Assembly: GCA_951406725.2 (NCBI GenBank) | Contig: OX597832.1 | Span: forward strand, 44,454,001 to 44,518,000 | DNA length: 64,000 nucleotides | From: Octopus vulgaris | Lineage: Eukaryota | Direction of reading: 5' to 3' | Shown here: piece by piece, positions 37,743-51,363 of the stretch | Position numbering within the stretch: position 1 is the first letter of the stretch | Layout of the letters: each line of letters begins with the position of its first letter | Notes under the pieces: generated by a model | The model's database searches: none | The model's input: only the letters and a program-made list of their open reading frames with translations | What the model was told of the DNA's origin: nothing | Position numbers and translations under genes: made by a program

Positions 37743-39470
37743 TCTCTCTATATGTAAAACTGAGAACGTGTGTCTGTCTGTGTTTCCCTAAAACTTGAGA
37801 ACTACATAACCAATTTCATTCAAATTTTACACATGCCTTACTTAGGGTCCATGTTTTTTTAATGGGCAAAAAAATGTTCAACTTATTGCCTTGGGCGAGC
37901 CCATAGCAATATCATATCTTCTCCACTATGATTCCCTAAAACTTGAAAAGTACATAACCAATTTCATTCAAATTATACACATGCCTTACTTAGGGTCCAT
38001 GTAGTTTCATAGGCAAAAAAATGTTCAACTTCTTGCCTAGTGCAAGCCCATAGCAATATCATATCTTCTCCACTATTTCAGTGTTTCGTGTTAACAGTGA
38101 AATAAAAACATTTCTCTATTTTATGTCAGATACTTTCACTTTAACAATAAAAGTTAGAGATAATAATAACAATTGAATTATATGTAGTAAGTAATAATTA
38201 CAATCAAACTAAAGTATAATATAATCGTAACATAACAAAAGTAAAGATAGCAGTTGGTATAAAATTGCATCAATGACTTGAACTTGAATAAGTGATTTCA
38301 CATGAATGGGAATAAATCAAAAATAAAATTAGTGTGCAGTATTGGAATAGCCCAGATGGAGCTGTGCACATACCATTTACCACGGCTTTTACATTAGATT
38401 ATTTGCTAATTAGCTAGCATTAAGTTTGGCTGTATGTAATGTCTGTTTTCTCGAACAGCCACTACTACTGAGTACTGCTGTTGGTTTATTTTTTATACAT
38501 AAAAGACCATAGCTTCAACTGCGTACTGCTTTTTGATTCACCGTAAGGATTGTTGTTATTATTATTATTATTGTTTATTGTTATCACGTTTGTTGGTTCC
38601 TAGTAAGGGAAACGTTGTTGTGTTACATTTGTTAAATAATTGTAAACTGTAACCCTCCTTTTTTAGGAAAAGGGGCTTTGGTTATTGTTTAAAAATTGAA
38701 TTGTGTCCCTGTTTGGGGAAATTGACAATATTTTCACTGTTTATACGGAAGCATTTTTGTTAGAATGCCTTCGATAGAAGAAAGTCCAAAAATGAATTTT
38801 GCTGCAGCCGTCGGCGGGCGCGACCTCATTAAAATTAAAATGGAAGAAATACAAACTTATTTCGGATTGATCACAGACAAAGATGGTGAATCTAGGATAA
38901 CACCACCAAACGAAATAAAAAATTAAATTAAAGAAAAGACTATTGTCTATAAAGTATACAATGTAGAGAAAAAAAAGATTTGAACACCTGGAGGAAAGCA
39001 CCATCGTAAAGTGTCTTTGTGCGACTATGAAAGATATCTAACCAGAGGCAGTAAATTCACCACAATAGAAGCAAGGTTCGAGTCAACGGAGCGTGCAAGG
39101 GAGTACTTGACTCGAACCTTGCAAAGTGGAAATATTTTATTTTTACCTTTATATCTGGGACGTAGGACGTCCCGGATGAAAATTAAAAATGTCCCCCCAG
39201 AAGTAGAGGTAGGCTGGATTGTAGCTACACTTCTATACAAGAGGGAGGACAAGATACAATTGATCGAAATTGCAAGAGACGGGCCTACAATTCCAGTCTG
39301 TTATATACTTTGAATGTTGTTATCACTAGCGATATCAAGATATAACTTTGTATTTTGTATTTTATGTGTAGATGTATATATATATAGATGTACATGTAAT
39401 ATGTACACATATATACACATATATACACGCACTAGCACTATGACCCAGCAATAATGGGTCATAATGCTAG
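37743..39470 (+). mobile_element. Non-autonomous Helitron (duplicate of 20069-21795)
   Basis: Same termini and interior. Confidence 0.8.
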
Positions 39471-41167
39471 TAATAAATAAAGATATTTTTTTCAACTAGC
39501 AAGGAAAATCATTAACTAATACTCGCCCGAACTTCTTTTATAATATGGAGCAATATATGCATGAAATAAGTAAATAATTAATGAACACATGTAAATAATT
39601 AATTAAGTAAATAATTAATGAACACAAGTTTGATCATTGCCAGAGCAGCAAACTGCCTTCCGTTCCGGCGGCACGTAAAAAGCACCCTTTGAGTGTGATT
39701 GTTGCCAGCGTTGCCTTACTGGCACATGAAAAAACATTCAAGCAAGGTCGTTACCAGTGCTGCTGGACTGGCACCTGTGCAGGTGGCATGTAAAAATCAT
39801 ACTTTGAGCATGGCCGTTGCCAGTACCACCTGACTGGCCCTTGTGCCAGTGGCATGTAAGAGTACCCACTACACTCTCGGAGTGATTGGCATTAGGAAGG
39901 GCATCCAGCTGTAGAAACTTTGGCAGATCAGATTGGAGCCTCGTGCAGCCATCTGGTTCGCCAGACCTCAGTCAAATTGTCCAATCCATGCTAGCATGGA
40001 AAGTGGATGTTAAACGATGATGATGATGATTCTTGTTCCACTTATAGACAGAACACTCCAGAATATATATTAATCATTCTCTCTGTTATTTTGAGAATGC
40101 CAACTTTGCTACATTACTAATTCGGCAATTAAGGCAGTGAGCTAGCAGAATCATTAACGTGCCAGGGGAAATGTTTGGTATTTCGCCTGTCACTACATTC
40201 TGAGTTCTAATTCCACCGAGGTCAACTTTGCATTTCATTCTGTTGGGGGTCAATAAAATAAATACCGGTGGTACACTGGGGTCAGTGTAATCGACTTGAT
40301 ACCGACTCCTCAAGCTGCACTTGTGGCAAAAATTTGAAATAATTATTAATTAGACAGTGCATTAATTAGACATATGCATGGTATTTATATGTATATAGTG
40401 TGTTGGCTGTTAACTTTTCAAAAGTTTTGTAACATCAAAATTACAGAATCAATGGAATTCTTCAATCAAGATCCAAGACTGAAATCCCTGAGGTTAATAT
40501 GAGGGCTCAAGAATTTCAAAGCCAGATGCAATTAACACATACATAGGCGCAGGAGTGGCTGTGTGGTAAGTAGCTTGCTAACCAGCCACATGGTTCCAGG
40601 TTCAGTCCCACTGCTGGCATCTTGGGCAAGTGTCTTCTGCTATAGCCCCGGGCCGACCAATACCTTGTGAGTGGATTTGGTAGATGGAAACTGAAAGAAG
40701 CCTGTCGTATATATGTATATATATGTATATATATGTATGTGTGTGTGTGTGTGTTTGTGTGTCTGTGTTTGTCCCCCTAGCATGGTGTGTTTACGTCCCC
40801 GTCACTTAGCGGTTCGGTAAAAGAGACCGATAGAATAAGTACTGGGCTTACAAAGAATAAGTCCTGGGGTCGATTTGCTCGACTAAAGGCGGTGCTCCAG
40901 CATAGCCGCAGTCAAATGACTGAAACAAGTAAAAGAGTAAAAGAGAGAAAAAAGAGAATAATGATTAAATATTTACTGAGATGCTTTATTAATATAAACA
41001 GAAATAAAACTTACAAGCATTGATTTCACTTTATTCAATAAGTAAATAACGTTTACAGGCAACAATAAGTTTATTGTTAAAATAATAAAAGATACGTTCA
41101 AGAGTGTAATATCTTTCCGTAAATGTACAACACATACAAATTGATAATGTTGATTAAAATCAAAACT

Positions 41168-41471
41168 TATTTACGTTATTTACAATTGACAAGAATTTGT
41201 CCTCATCTTGTTTGTTGTTAACACAACATTTCAGCTGATATTCTATCTAGCATTTATCAGGTGTCTTGGGGAAATTTCGAACCTGGGTTCTCATTCCTAA
41301 GGTATTTTTCGATGTTGCTGTTGTTGTTATCATCATCATCATCATCATCATTATTCAGGCCACTGCCTGGAATTGAACGTGGGCATATGGCGTAGTCGTT
41401 AAGAGCACAGACTACTAATCCCAAGATTCCAAGTTCGATTCCAGGCAGTGACCTAAATAATGATAATAATA

Positions 41472-41528
<57 letters not shown>

Positions 41529-42275
41529 CAGTACCAGGCGGTGGCTCTCATGGCTTCTCATCTTAACTGATTGGAAGTGTTATCATGTACATTGTTTTGT
41601 CTTGGTATGAAAGATTGGCTTACAAAAATATTCTGCTCAATACCACAGATTTGCTTGTCAGATGTTTGACCTTAACCAGTTGATCATGTTCCTTAGTGGC
41701 TGACGATATGTGCATCTCTGATTACGAGCAGAAGTAGTGGGGGAGCATCATAGCCATGTGTTGAGAGGGACTCTTCAGGGTTTGAATAATTCACCTCTGG
41801 AAACTTGGGTGTTTCGTTCAACATCCTTAAACAACCCTTATTCAGGGACCTTTTGAGCTGGATGGGCTACTCGACCAGAAGAAAATTCTAAGTGGGCCCC
41901 ACCTGCAAGGTCATGTGCTGTTGATCTTGATATGAGATCACCATGTCGCACACATATGGTTGTGATGCATGTGCTTAGTGTACCCTTATCAGACAGGTAG
42001 TCATGATGGGTATATTGGGCTTCGTATATTTTACCCCAGTATCACTATGATGGCATGCACTGCTCTCTCACTCAATAATAATAATAATAATAATAACGAC
42101 AACATCGCAAAATACCTTAGGTATGAGAGCCCAGGTTCGAAATTTCCCCAAGACACCTGATGAAGGTTGGATGGTATATCAGCCGAAACATTGTGTTAAT
42201 AACAAACAAGATGAGGACAAATATCCATCAATTGTAAATAATGTATTTAATTCCTCATCTCTTAAATATAGAACT
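41168..42275 (+). mobile_element. Duplicate of composite element 23532-24684
   Basis: Same structure; TSD AAAT(C/T)AAAACT. Confidence 0.8.
42152..42197 (+). ncRNA. Degenerate minimal type I hammerhead ribozyme motif
   Basis: GACAC-CTGATGA-AGGTTG...CAGCC-GAAAC-ATT-GTGTT: both core boxes, stem II and stem I pairing (GACAC/GTGTT). Confidence 0.65.
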
Positions 42276-42458
42276 AAATTAAAACTATTCTTATAATCTT
42301 TCATTGCATAGATATGACCATGGTCTTGCACAATTACAACTATAATGCTTTAAGTCATTCTACTCAAAAATATTGTAAATAGATTTGCTCAGTTACGTTG
42401 TCTACATAATACAATCTAGTATCCCATAAGAGAAAAATCTTTGACAATACAATATCAT

Positions 42459-43613
42459 CTATATCGTGGGGTTTGTTACTTTACCAATGAAATGGATCAT
42501 TTTAGTTCGGTCATCAACAACTAAAAACGTGAATGGGTGATTGACATCAAATTGCATCCCAATTCTTGACATATAATTTGAGACCACCATTCCACTTGCA
42601 GCAGCAGCTTCCGTTCCTTCTTCATTAACATCAACAAATGCTTTATGAAACATTTCACTGGCATAAATATTCTTCTCACCACCAGTCATTCCAGATAAAT
42701 CAGCTTTTTGAGGATCAAAAATATCAGGGAGTCCAAGTTTTTTCAAAACTGCACCCAACTGAAAACTACTCTCTAAACGAAATTTTGGCATATTTAATTC
42801 TAGAAGCATCGTTTGAAATCCTTTTCTGTCAACAATGTCTTTGAGAAATTTAGCATTAATCTCCTTCTCTAAAGCAGCAAGACCATTGTTTTCATTGGGA
42901 AGAATTACAAACATACTAAATGCTTTTCCAATATAAGGTAACTCAACGACTTTATAGTTGTCGCTTATTTTTGTATTAAAATCTTCAGATTTATACATAA
43001 AATCATGAGATACAGTCTTGTCAGAGCTTAAATGAAACTTTCTAGATGTTGTTGCATGTTCTGGGAATTTTTTAGCCCACGTTCCTTTAAAATACACAGC
43101 ATTAATAAGAACTAGAACCGATTGAAGTGTCAAACTTCCACTTGGTAACAGATCGGTAATTTTGTTATTTGTGTTATTCTTTACCCAATCATTAATAGTT
43201 ATTCTTGTTTTCTCAGCATTTGTTATGAAATCTACATTTTCAATATCTGAAAAGAAATATTTTACCATGTTGTTCTTGTAGTCTTCAGAAAAGGGGAATT
43301 TTTCACTGGCATACAAACGATTCACGGAATTGAATGTGACAAGTTTATCTGAGTTTTGCAAAAGTGAAAAATATTCTTTAAAAGCCAAAGCTACAGAATC
43401 TGGATTTGATGTTATCTTCAAAACATTTTCAAACTGTTTGGCAGAGTTTTGTCTTGCTCCCAAATAAACCATTGATAAAACAGTAGCAACACTGAATGGT
43501 GACATGAAGACATTTTCATTGGTTCCTGTAGCCACAGCTTGATAAAGACTGTTTGTAAAATAATCAATTGAAGCAGCAAGGTTACCGATGTCTTGTTTCT
43601 CTGCTGAGTCCAT
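42459..43613 (-). CDS. Serpin copy 6 (intact, 384 aa); RCL AS-GMVVSNY|MSRIG
   Basis: Complete ORF with all serpin motifs. Confidence 0.95.
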   Translation of the reverse strand: MDSAEKQDIGNLAASIDYFTNSLYQAVATGTNENVFMSPFSVATVLSMVYLGARQNSAKQFENVLKITSNPDSVALAFKEYFSLLQNSDKLVTFNSVNRLYASEKFPFSEDYKNNMVKYFFSDIENVDFITNAEKTRITINDWVKNNTNNKITDLLPSGSLTLQSVLVLINAVYFKGTWAKKFPEHATTSRKFHLSSDKTVSHDFMYKSEDFNTKISDNYKVVELPYIGKAFSMFVILPNENNGLAALEKEINAKFLKDIVDRKGFQTMLLELNMPKFRLESSFQLGAVLKKLGLPDIFDPQKADLSGMTGGEKNIYASEMFHKAFVDVNEEGTEAAAASGMVVSNYMSRIGMQFDVNHPFTFLVVDDRTKMIHFIGKVTNPTI

Positions 43614-44469
43614 ATCGTATATTGTCGTATCTGGAGAATATAGAATATGAAGAGAAAATATACAAAATAAATTCTTATAAACATTTGAGGCTACTGACCA
43701 GATCTCTAGATGGTGCAAAGTCCCCTTTCATCCCAAGGTAACATGGTGGTGGAACAATGTAGTTGACAGGGTCATTAGGGAAAAGAAACAGGCTTGGAAA
43801 GACTGGAAGAACGGTGGTAGCAGGGAAATGTATCAGATCGCCAGAAGGGAAACTAGGAGACAGGTTTACTTAGTCAGAGGGGAAGCAGATAAGAAAAAAA
43901 TTTGTCAATGTTCTGTGTCGTGAGGACCAAAGACTTAAAGTGTTTTGTGTTGCAAGACAGTGTGTGAGAGAGAATCATGATGTTATAGGAGAGATATACA
44001 CACACACAAATACATGCATGCATGTACACGTACACACACACACACACACACTCATGCATGCATATTTTTATTATGAGTTCTGTATAAATATTTCAAAATG
44101 TTGAGTTAGTATGAAGGACGTTGAGTAATTCTGCTTCAAAAAAATTAGACGAAACACAAAACAATAATAAAATAACTTGTTGGATTTATGAATGTTAAAA
44201 ATCTCCAAACAATTTCAGATAATAGATGAACCGAGAACAATGGAATATTACATAAATGGAATAATGATTAATACTGACTATACACTGAAACAGACCTAAA
44301 CACACAGAGGTTCTTGCTAGCAGTATGAGAAGACAATTGCTTTTTAATGTTTACATGACTCTTGGCATGCAGAGCAAAGTGGTTAGTGGCATGTACTGGA
44401 TGTACATGAGAGCCAAGAAGAATTGCGAAGCATTGAAGTCACAAAGGATTATAAGAAGCACCAAAGAGA

Positions 44470-44906
44470 TGTAAAGGAACTGTCTGGAACAGGTTGGGTC
44501 TTTTGCACTGTTTGGGTGCAACACAATTTCCTTCTTTGTTTCCAAAAACTACCGGAGTCAGGAACAAGAAAGCAACCTTAAAAAATATGACACTTTATTT
44601 CGTTATTTACATAAAGAAGACACGTTGGTAAATTGGTAGCCTCTTGGTGTAGGTACCGCAAGACTGAAGTTAAACATTTGTAAAGATGAACCTCACAACA
44701 ACTCAAGCAGCAACAGAGCCGGTCAAATCCCAAGCGTCTGGGACAGGAGAATAGGCTGATAACACGTTAAACACGTCTTCTCTCTTCAACGAACGCCATA
44801 GAATTCTCGTTCCCAGTTTTTAGCGCATGTGCATTAGGGAACATCCTTAGGCCTTTCCAGAAGGTTCCAGCCCCGCACACGCACACTGAAGAATGACGTC
44901 ACTACA
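44470..44906. mobile_element. Solo LTR, 437 bp, same family as 33886-34446
   Basis: TGTA...TACA termini, TSD GAGA, shared block AAGCGTCTGGGACAGGAGAATAGGCTGAT. Confidence 0.85.
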
Positions 44907-45160
44907 GAGATATGACTGACAAACTCTTAGGGGTTGAAAGAATTTGGTGTGGTGGTGGGTAGAGGAAGTGGTGCAAAGAGATTCCAGAGGTGAGTGGTTG
45001 GGGGAGTGGAATCTAGAATGTCTTTCAGAGAGAAATTTGAATAGAGCAGGTTTAGCTTTAGTTTTTAGCATCTATGGTAAGATAATGTATCAGATACCAC
45101 GACATACTCCACCTGCTGGGAACCTGGCTAAAACATTGCAACATCCTCAAAAAAGGCTTC

Positions 45161-45573
45161 GGATATTTTCGGTTTAACCGGCAGTTTTTAAAAATAATTT
45201 CCACGTAACTATACACTTTTAAACTTCTTATACTGGTAGAATGAGTTTATAAGACATCTTTTTCTCTTGGCTTTATTGAGAAAATTCTATAGTTTGTAAG
45301 ATATTTGTTGTTTTTTTTCCTCCAATTTCTGCAATTTCAACTAATCAATGACGTCTATTGAGGTGAAAACATTCTGTGCCGTTTGAATATGTCCCTCGTT
45401 TAAGAAACAGATTGGGTTTATTTACATTTCTGAAGAAAAAAAGATAGCCTTCCCCCGTACCCCTAACCCTAAAATAGATTGAAATGCAATAGATCGATAC
45501 AAGGATCATAATTACAGGTGACAATTTCATATGACACCGCTTGAAAAAACTGCTGGTCAAACTGAAAAGATCC
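45161..45573. mobile_element. MITE, 413 bp, Merlin-type (GG termini, 8-bp TSD)
   Basis: Imperfect TIR GGATATTTTCGGTTTAACCGGCAGTTTTT / AAAAACTGCTGGTCAAACTGAAAAGATCC; TSD AAGGCTTC. Confidence 0.8.
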
Positions 45574-46422
45574 AAGGCTTCCGTGTGCCTGGAAGTGATG
45601 TTGAACTGATTAGTATAATATCTACCTATACCTGATCATGTAAACCTCGACTCAACAGTATCCTGAACACTCCTATTCAGATTATTTTCCTAAGAGAAAT
45701 TTATACAGAAATTTATTCAACAGATTGGTTTCTTTTTTTTTTAAGAAGGTAGGATATGATTTTAGGGAGATTCAGTTGTTATTCTAACTGGTCTATTGAC
45801 AACGTAGGGTTTCTCTCGTTGACTCACATCTGGATTTTGATGTCAGCCAAGTTTTCTTAAAGAATGAAAGCATTCGAAACTGAACACGTTGTTAATAAAT
45901 AATTTCCATTGTTTTACTGCATACGAAAAACGTTCTTTTGAATAACTTGTTTTACTTTATGTAAAAAGGGAAAGTGAAAAATATTCTAATCTGTTGTGGA
46001 GAAGTTTTGTTGTGATTTGATTTTCAAGTAAAGCATAACAAAACCATGGAAGATCATGAATTGTGGATAGAATTTGTTTGGTAAGTTCGACCGTTGTCGC
46101 AATGAATGTGAAGTAATTAGTGTGGCGAGTTACTTCCCTTGTTGATAAAAATAAAATGGTAAATCCTTAAATACTTAAAAATGTTTCAGCTCTAGGCTGC
46201 GGCCATACTGTGGCACCACTGTTGAATGAGCTACACTAGCATGTGAAACCACCTCTGATACGTGCCACTTGATCAACAAGGGAGTTCAATGCCGCTGCCC
46301 GCATCTGTGTTTCCTGCCGAAAGGTAGGTTCATTTGGGACCCCGACATGAAGAGATCCAGTTAGAACGTCATACACTAAGATCGTTCAACCACTTTATTC
46401 TACAGATGCCACGGAATATAAT

Positions 46423-46619
46423 ATAGACTCAGCAAAGAAAGAAGACATCGGTAACCTCACTGCTTCAGTTGATTATTGTACAAAGAGTCTTTTTCAAGCT
46501 GTGACTACAGGAACCGTGGAAACTGTTTTCATCTCACCATTCAGTGTTACTACTATTTTATTGATGGTTCATTCTGGAGCAAGATAAAACTCTGTCAAAC
46601 AGTTTGAAAATATTTTGAA
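46423..46619 (+). pseudogene. Short inverted serpin 5' fragment (start codon mutated to ATA)
   Basis: ATAGACTCAGCAAAGAAAGAAGACATCGGTAACCTC matches the serpin N-terminal coding sequence. Confidence 0.85.
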
Positions 46620-47197
46620 TATATAGTATGTTGATTGATAACTTTTCAAAAGTTTTGTAGTAACACCACAATTATTAAATAAATGTAATTTTTTAATGAA
46701 GATCTAAGACTAAAATACCAGAGACTATCAAGAGGGCTGAAGAAGTTGAAATGTCAATATTTGGAACAAAGCTATTAAAAGCCAGATGCAATTAATGCAT
46801 ACATTAAAATGGAATATTTACTGAGATGCTTTATTAATATAAACAGAAATAAAAACATACAAGCATTGATTTCTCTTTATTTAACCAGTAAATAATGTTT
46901 ACAGGCAACAATAAGTATATTGTTAAAATAATAAACTTGCTAAGAAAAGACACTTTAAAAAGTGTAATATTTTTCTGTCAATATATGGCAAGTACAAATT
47001 GATAATATTGATTTAGATTAATGTGGTATTATAATATATCATTGAATAGATATGACCTTGGTTCTACATAGTTACAATTATAATGTCCTAAGTCATTTTA
47101 CTAAAAACAATTCTAAATAAATTTGCTCAGTTACATTCTCCACATAATACAATGTAGTATTCCATAAGAGGGAAATCTTTGACAGGGCAATATCATC

Positions 47198-48350
47198 TTA
47201 TGTTGTAGGATTTGTTACTTTACCAATGAAATGGATCATTTTAGTTCGGTTATCAACAATTAAAAATGTGAATGGGTGATTGACCTCAAAATCCATACCA
47301 ATTTGTGCGGAAACTGCCATCACGACCATTCCAGTTGCAGCAGCAGCTTCCGTTCCTTCTTCATTAACATCAACAAATGCTTTATGAAACATTTCACTGG
47401 CATAAATATTCTTCTCACCACCAGTCATTCCAGATAAATCAGCTTTTTGAGGATCAAAAATATCAGAGAGTCCAAGCTTTTTCAAAACATCACCCAACTG
47501 AAAACTACTCTCTAAACGAAATTTTGGCATATTTAATTCTAGAAGCATCGTTTGAAATCCTTTTCTGTCCACAATGTCTTTGAGAAATTGAGCATTAATC
47601 TCCTTCTCTAAAGCAGCAAGACCATTGATTTCATTTGGAAGAATTACAAACATACTAAATGCTTTTCCAATATAAGGTAACTCAACAACTTTATAGTTGC
47701 TGCTTATTTTTGTATTAAAATCTTCAGATATATACATAAAATCATGAGATACAGTCTTGTCAGAGCTTAAATAAAACTTTCTAGATGATGTTGCTTGTTC
47801 TGGGAATTTTTCAGCCCACATTCCTTTAAAGTACACAGCATTAATAAGAACTAGAACCGACTGAGGTGTCAAACTTCCACTTGGTAACAGATCAGTAATT
47901 TTGTTATTTGTGTTATTCTTTACCCAATCATTAATAGTAATTCTTGTCTTCTCAGCATTTGTTATGAAGTCTACATCTTCAATATCTGAAAAGAAATATT
48001 TTACCATGTTGTTCTTGTAGTCTTCTGAAATAGGGAATTTTTCATTGACGCACAAACGATTCACTGAATTTAATGTGACAAGTTTCTCTGAGTTTTTGAG
48101 AAGTGAAAAATATTCTTTAAAAGCTAAAGCTACAGAATCTGGATTTGATGTTATCTTCAAAACATTTTCAAACTGTTTGGCAGAGTTTTGTCGCTCCCAA
48201 ATAAACCATTGATAAAACAGTAGCAACACTGAATGGTGACATGAAGACATTTTCATTGGTTCCTGTAGCCACAGCTTGATAAAGACTGTTTGTAAAATAA
48301 TCAATTGAAGCAGCAAGGTTACCAATGTCTTGTTTCTTTGCTGAGTCCAT
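47198..48350 (-). pseudogene. Serpin copy 7 with 2-bp deletion at ~48192 (possibly an assembly error); RCL AT-GMVVMAV|SAQIG
   Basis: Span is 1153 bp versus 1155 bp for intact copies; TTTTGTCGCTCCC versus TTTTGTCGCGCTCCC in copy 11. Confidence 0.85.
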
Positions 48351-48896
48351 ATTGTATACGATAGTGTCTAGAGAATATAGAATATGAAGAGAAAATATAC
48401 AAAATAAATTCTGGCAAATATTTCAGTACATTGTAGAAGACATCTATGAAAGCAATGTCCGAAATCTCTTCTGTTCAAACTTTAAATTTAACTTTTACAT
48501 CAACATATTTCGTACGGTAACACTCAATATGATTTAAATAGATTTTAAAATAATAAAAAATTTATAAGATTTAATGATATAACCATTTCTTTCTTCCATT
48601 CGTTATCTGGCATTTGGAACATACCTTAAAATGATGTTGAAATGTTTTAGCTTAAATACGGTGATTATTTTCAAAATAGATTTGAACATTATGTATTACA
48701 TTTAGAATACAGTAAGGAAACAATAAAATTTGGGTTTTTGCATAAATCATTTCAGACGATTTTCATACAGAATTCTTAGATCACATTAGTGTGTTTTACA
48801 CTCTCTTGAAATATTAAACAGAAACTGTTTTTCAGGAAATTCTTCTGCATTTCATCTCTTCATATTGTATATTCTTCAGATGCCAGGGAAAACAAT

Positions 48897-49308
48897 ATGG
48901 ACTCAGCAAAGAAACAAGACATCGGTAACCTCGCTTCTTCAGTTGATTACTGTACAAACATTCTTTTTCAAGCTTTGTCTATAGGAACCGTTGAAAATGT
49001 TTTCATGTCACCATTCAATGTTGCTACCGTTTTATCAATGGTTTATTCTGGAGCAAGACAAAACTCTGCCAAACAATTTGAAAATAACTTTAAATACAGA
49101 TCCTGTAATTTGGGGTTTTAAAGAATATTTTTCACTTTTGAAACACTCAGATGAACTTATTGCATTGAATTCAGTTAATTGTTTTAGTGCCAATGAAAAA
49201 TTTCGTATTTCAGAAGACTAAAAGAACATTATTGCAAAATATTTCTTTTCAGATATTGAAAATGTAGACTTCTTAAGAAATGTTGAAAAAGGAAGAATTA
49301 ATATTAAT
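48897..49308 (+). pseudogene. Inverted serpin 5' fragment followed by a truncated SINE
   Basis: ORFs 48897 and 48991 translate to the serpin N-terminus with a frameshift and stop. Confidence 0.9.
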
Positions 49309-50208
49309 TACCATGTTGTAAGGCAACGAGATGCTAGAATTGTTAGTATGCTGGGCAAAATACTTAGTAGCACTTTGTCCATCTTTACATTCTGGTGTTG
49401 ACATTGTCATTCTTTTGGGATTGGAAAAATAAGTACCAATTGAGCACTTGTGTTGCTGTAATTGATTTACCCCTACAATTAAATTAAATCTCATTACTGA
49501 TTCTCGGTCTAATTAAAGGTATAACATTTCGGAAAATATATCAGACATTGTCATTGCTACCTTCAGAATGCCAAACTTAATACATAATTAATCAGAGAGT
49601 TTGTAACGTAACCACATATATGCATGGTATGAATATGGTACATTGGCTGTTAACTTTTCAAAAGTTTTGTAACACCACAATTATTGAATCAATGTAATTT
49701 TTTGATCAAGATCTAAGACTAAAATACCAGAGACTATCAAGAGGGCTGAAGAAGTTGAAATGTCTACATTTGAAACAAAGCTAATAAAAGCCAGATGCAA
49801 TTAACACATACATTAAAATGGAATATTTACTGAGATGCTTTATTAATATAAACAGAAATAAAAACATACAAGCATTGATTTCACTTTATTTAACCAGTAA
49901 ATAATGTTTACAGGCAACAATAAGTATATTCTTAAAATAATAAGCTTGCTAAGAAAAGACACTTTAAAAAGTGTCAAATTTTTCTGTCAATGTATGGCAA
50001 GTACAAATTCATAATATTGATTTAGATTAATGTGGTATTATAATATATAAATGAATAGATATGACCTTGGTTCTACACGATTTCAACTGTAATGTCCTCA
50101 GTCATTTTACTAAAAAAACGATTCTAAAAATATTTGCTCAGTTACATTCTCCACATAATATAATGTAGTATTCCATAAGAGGGAAATCTTTGACAGGGCA
50201 ATATCATC

Positions 50209-51363
50209 TTATGTTGTAGGATTTGTTACTTTACCAATGAAATGGATCATTTTAGTTCGGTTGTCAACAATTAAAAATGTGAATGGGTGATTGACATCAA
50301 AATCCATACCAATTTGTGCTGACATTAACGTCATGACCATTCCAGTTGCAGCAGCAGCTTCTGTTCCTTCTTCATTAACATCAACAAATGCTTTATGAAA
50401 CATTTCACTGGCATAAATATTCTTCTCACCACCAGTCATTCCAGATAAATCAGCTTTTAGAGGATCAAAAATATCAGAGAGTCCAAGCTTTTTCAAAACT
50501 TCACCCAACTGAAAACTACTCTCTAAACGAAATTTTGGCATATTTAATTCTAGAAGCATCGTTTGAAATCCTTTTCTGTCTATAATATCTTTGAGAAATT
50601 GAGCATTAATCTCCTTCTCTAAAGCAGCAAGACCATTGATGTCATTGGGAAGAATTACAAACATACTAAATGCTTTCCCTATATAAGGTAACTCAACCAC
50701 TTTATAGTTGTCGCTTATTTTTGTATTAAAATCTTCAAATTTATACATAAAATCATGAGATACAGTCTTGTCAGAGCTTAAATAAAACTTTCTAGATGAT
50801 GTTGCTTGTTCTGGGAATTTTTCAGCCCACATTCCTTTAAAGTACACAGCATTAATAAGAACTAGAACCGACTGAGGTGTCAAACTTCCACTTGGTAACA
50901 GATCAGTAATTTTGTTATTTGTGTTATTCTTTACCCAATCATTAATAGTTATTCTTGTCTTCTCAGCATTTGTTATGAAGTCTACATTTTCAATATCTGA
51001 AAAGAAATATTTTACCATGTTGTTCTTGTAGTCTTCTGAAATAGGGAATTTTTCATTGGCACACAAACGATTCACTGAATTGAATGTGACAAGTTTATCT
51101 GATGTTTTCAAAAGTGAAAAATATTCTTTAAAAGTCAAAGCTACAGAATCTGGATTTGATGTTATCTTCAAAACATTTTCAAATTGCTTGGAAGAGTTTT
51201 GTCTTGCTCCCAAATAAACCATTGATAAAACAGTAGCAACACTGAATGGTGACATGAAGACATTTTCATTGGTTCCTGTAGCCACAGCTTGATAAAGACT
51301 GTTTGTAAAATAATCAATTGAAGCAGCAAGGTTACCAATGTCTTGTTTCTTTGCTGAGTCCAT
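50209..51363 (-). CDS. Serpin copy 8 (intact, 384 aa); RCL AT-GMVMTLM|SAQIG
   Basis: Complete ORF with all serpin motifs. Confidence 0.95.
   Translation of the reverse strand: MDSAKKQDIGNLAASIDYFTNSLYQAVATGTNENVFMSPFSVATVLSMVYLGARQNSSKQFENVLKITSNPDSVALTFKEYFSLLKTSDKLVTFNSVNRLCANEKFPISEDYKNNMVKYFFSDIENVDFITNAEKTRITINDWVKNNTNNKITDLLPSGSLTPQSVLVLINAVYFKGMWAEKFPEQATSSRKFYLSSDKTVSHDFMYKFEDFNTKISDNYKVVELPYIGKAFSMFVILPNDINGLAALEKEINAQFLKDIIDRKGFQTMLLELNMPKFRLESSFQLGEVLKKLGLSDIFDPLKADLSGMTGGEKNIYASEMFHKAFVDVNEEGTEAAAATGMVMTLMSAQIGMDFDVNHPFTFLIVDNRTKMIHFIGKVTNPTT

Noticed and set aside
43614-43718. N-terminal extensions of ORFs 42459 (419 aa), 32211, 50209 and 53223
   Set aside because: They cross the acceptor-like pyrimidine tract and, for copy 6, run into a LINE fragment; the conserved start is MDSA
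45460-45472. CCCTAACCCTAA telomere-like motif
   Set aside because: Only two units, lying inside a MITE
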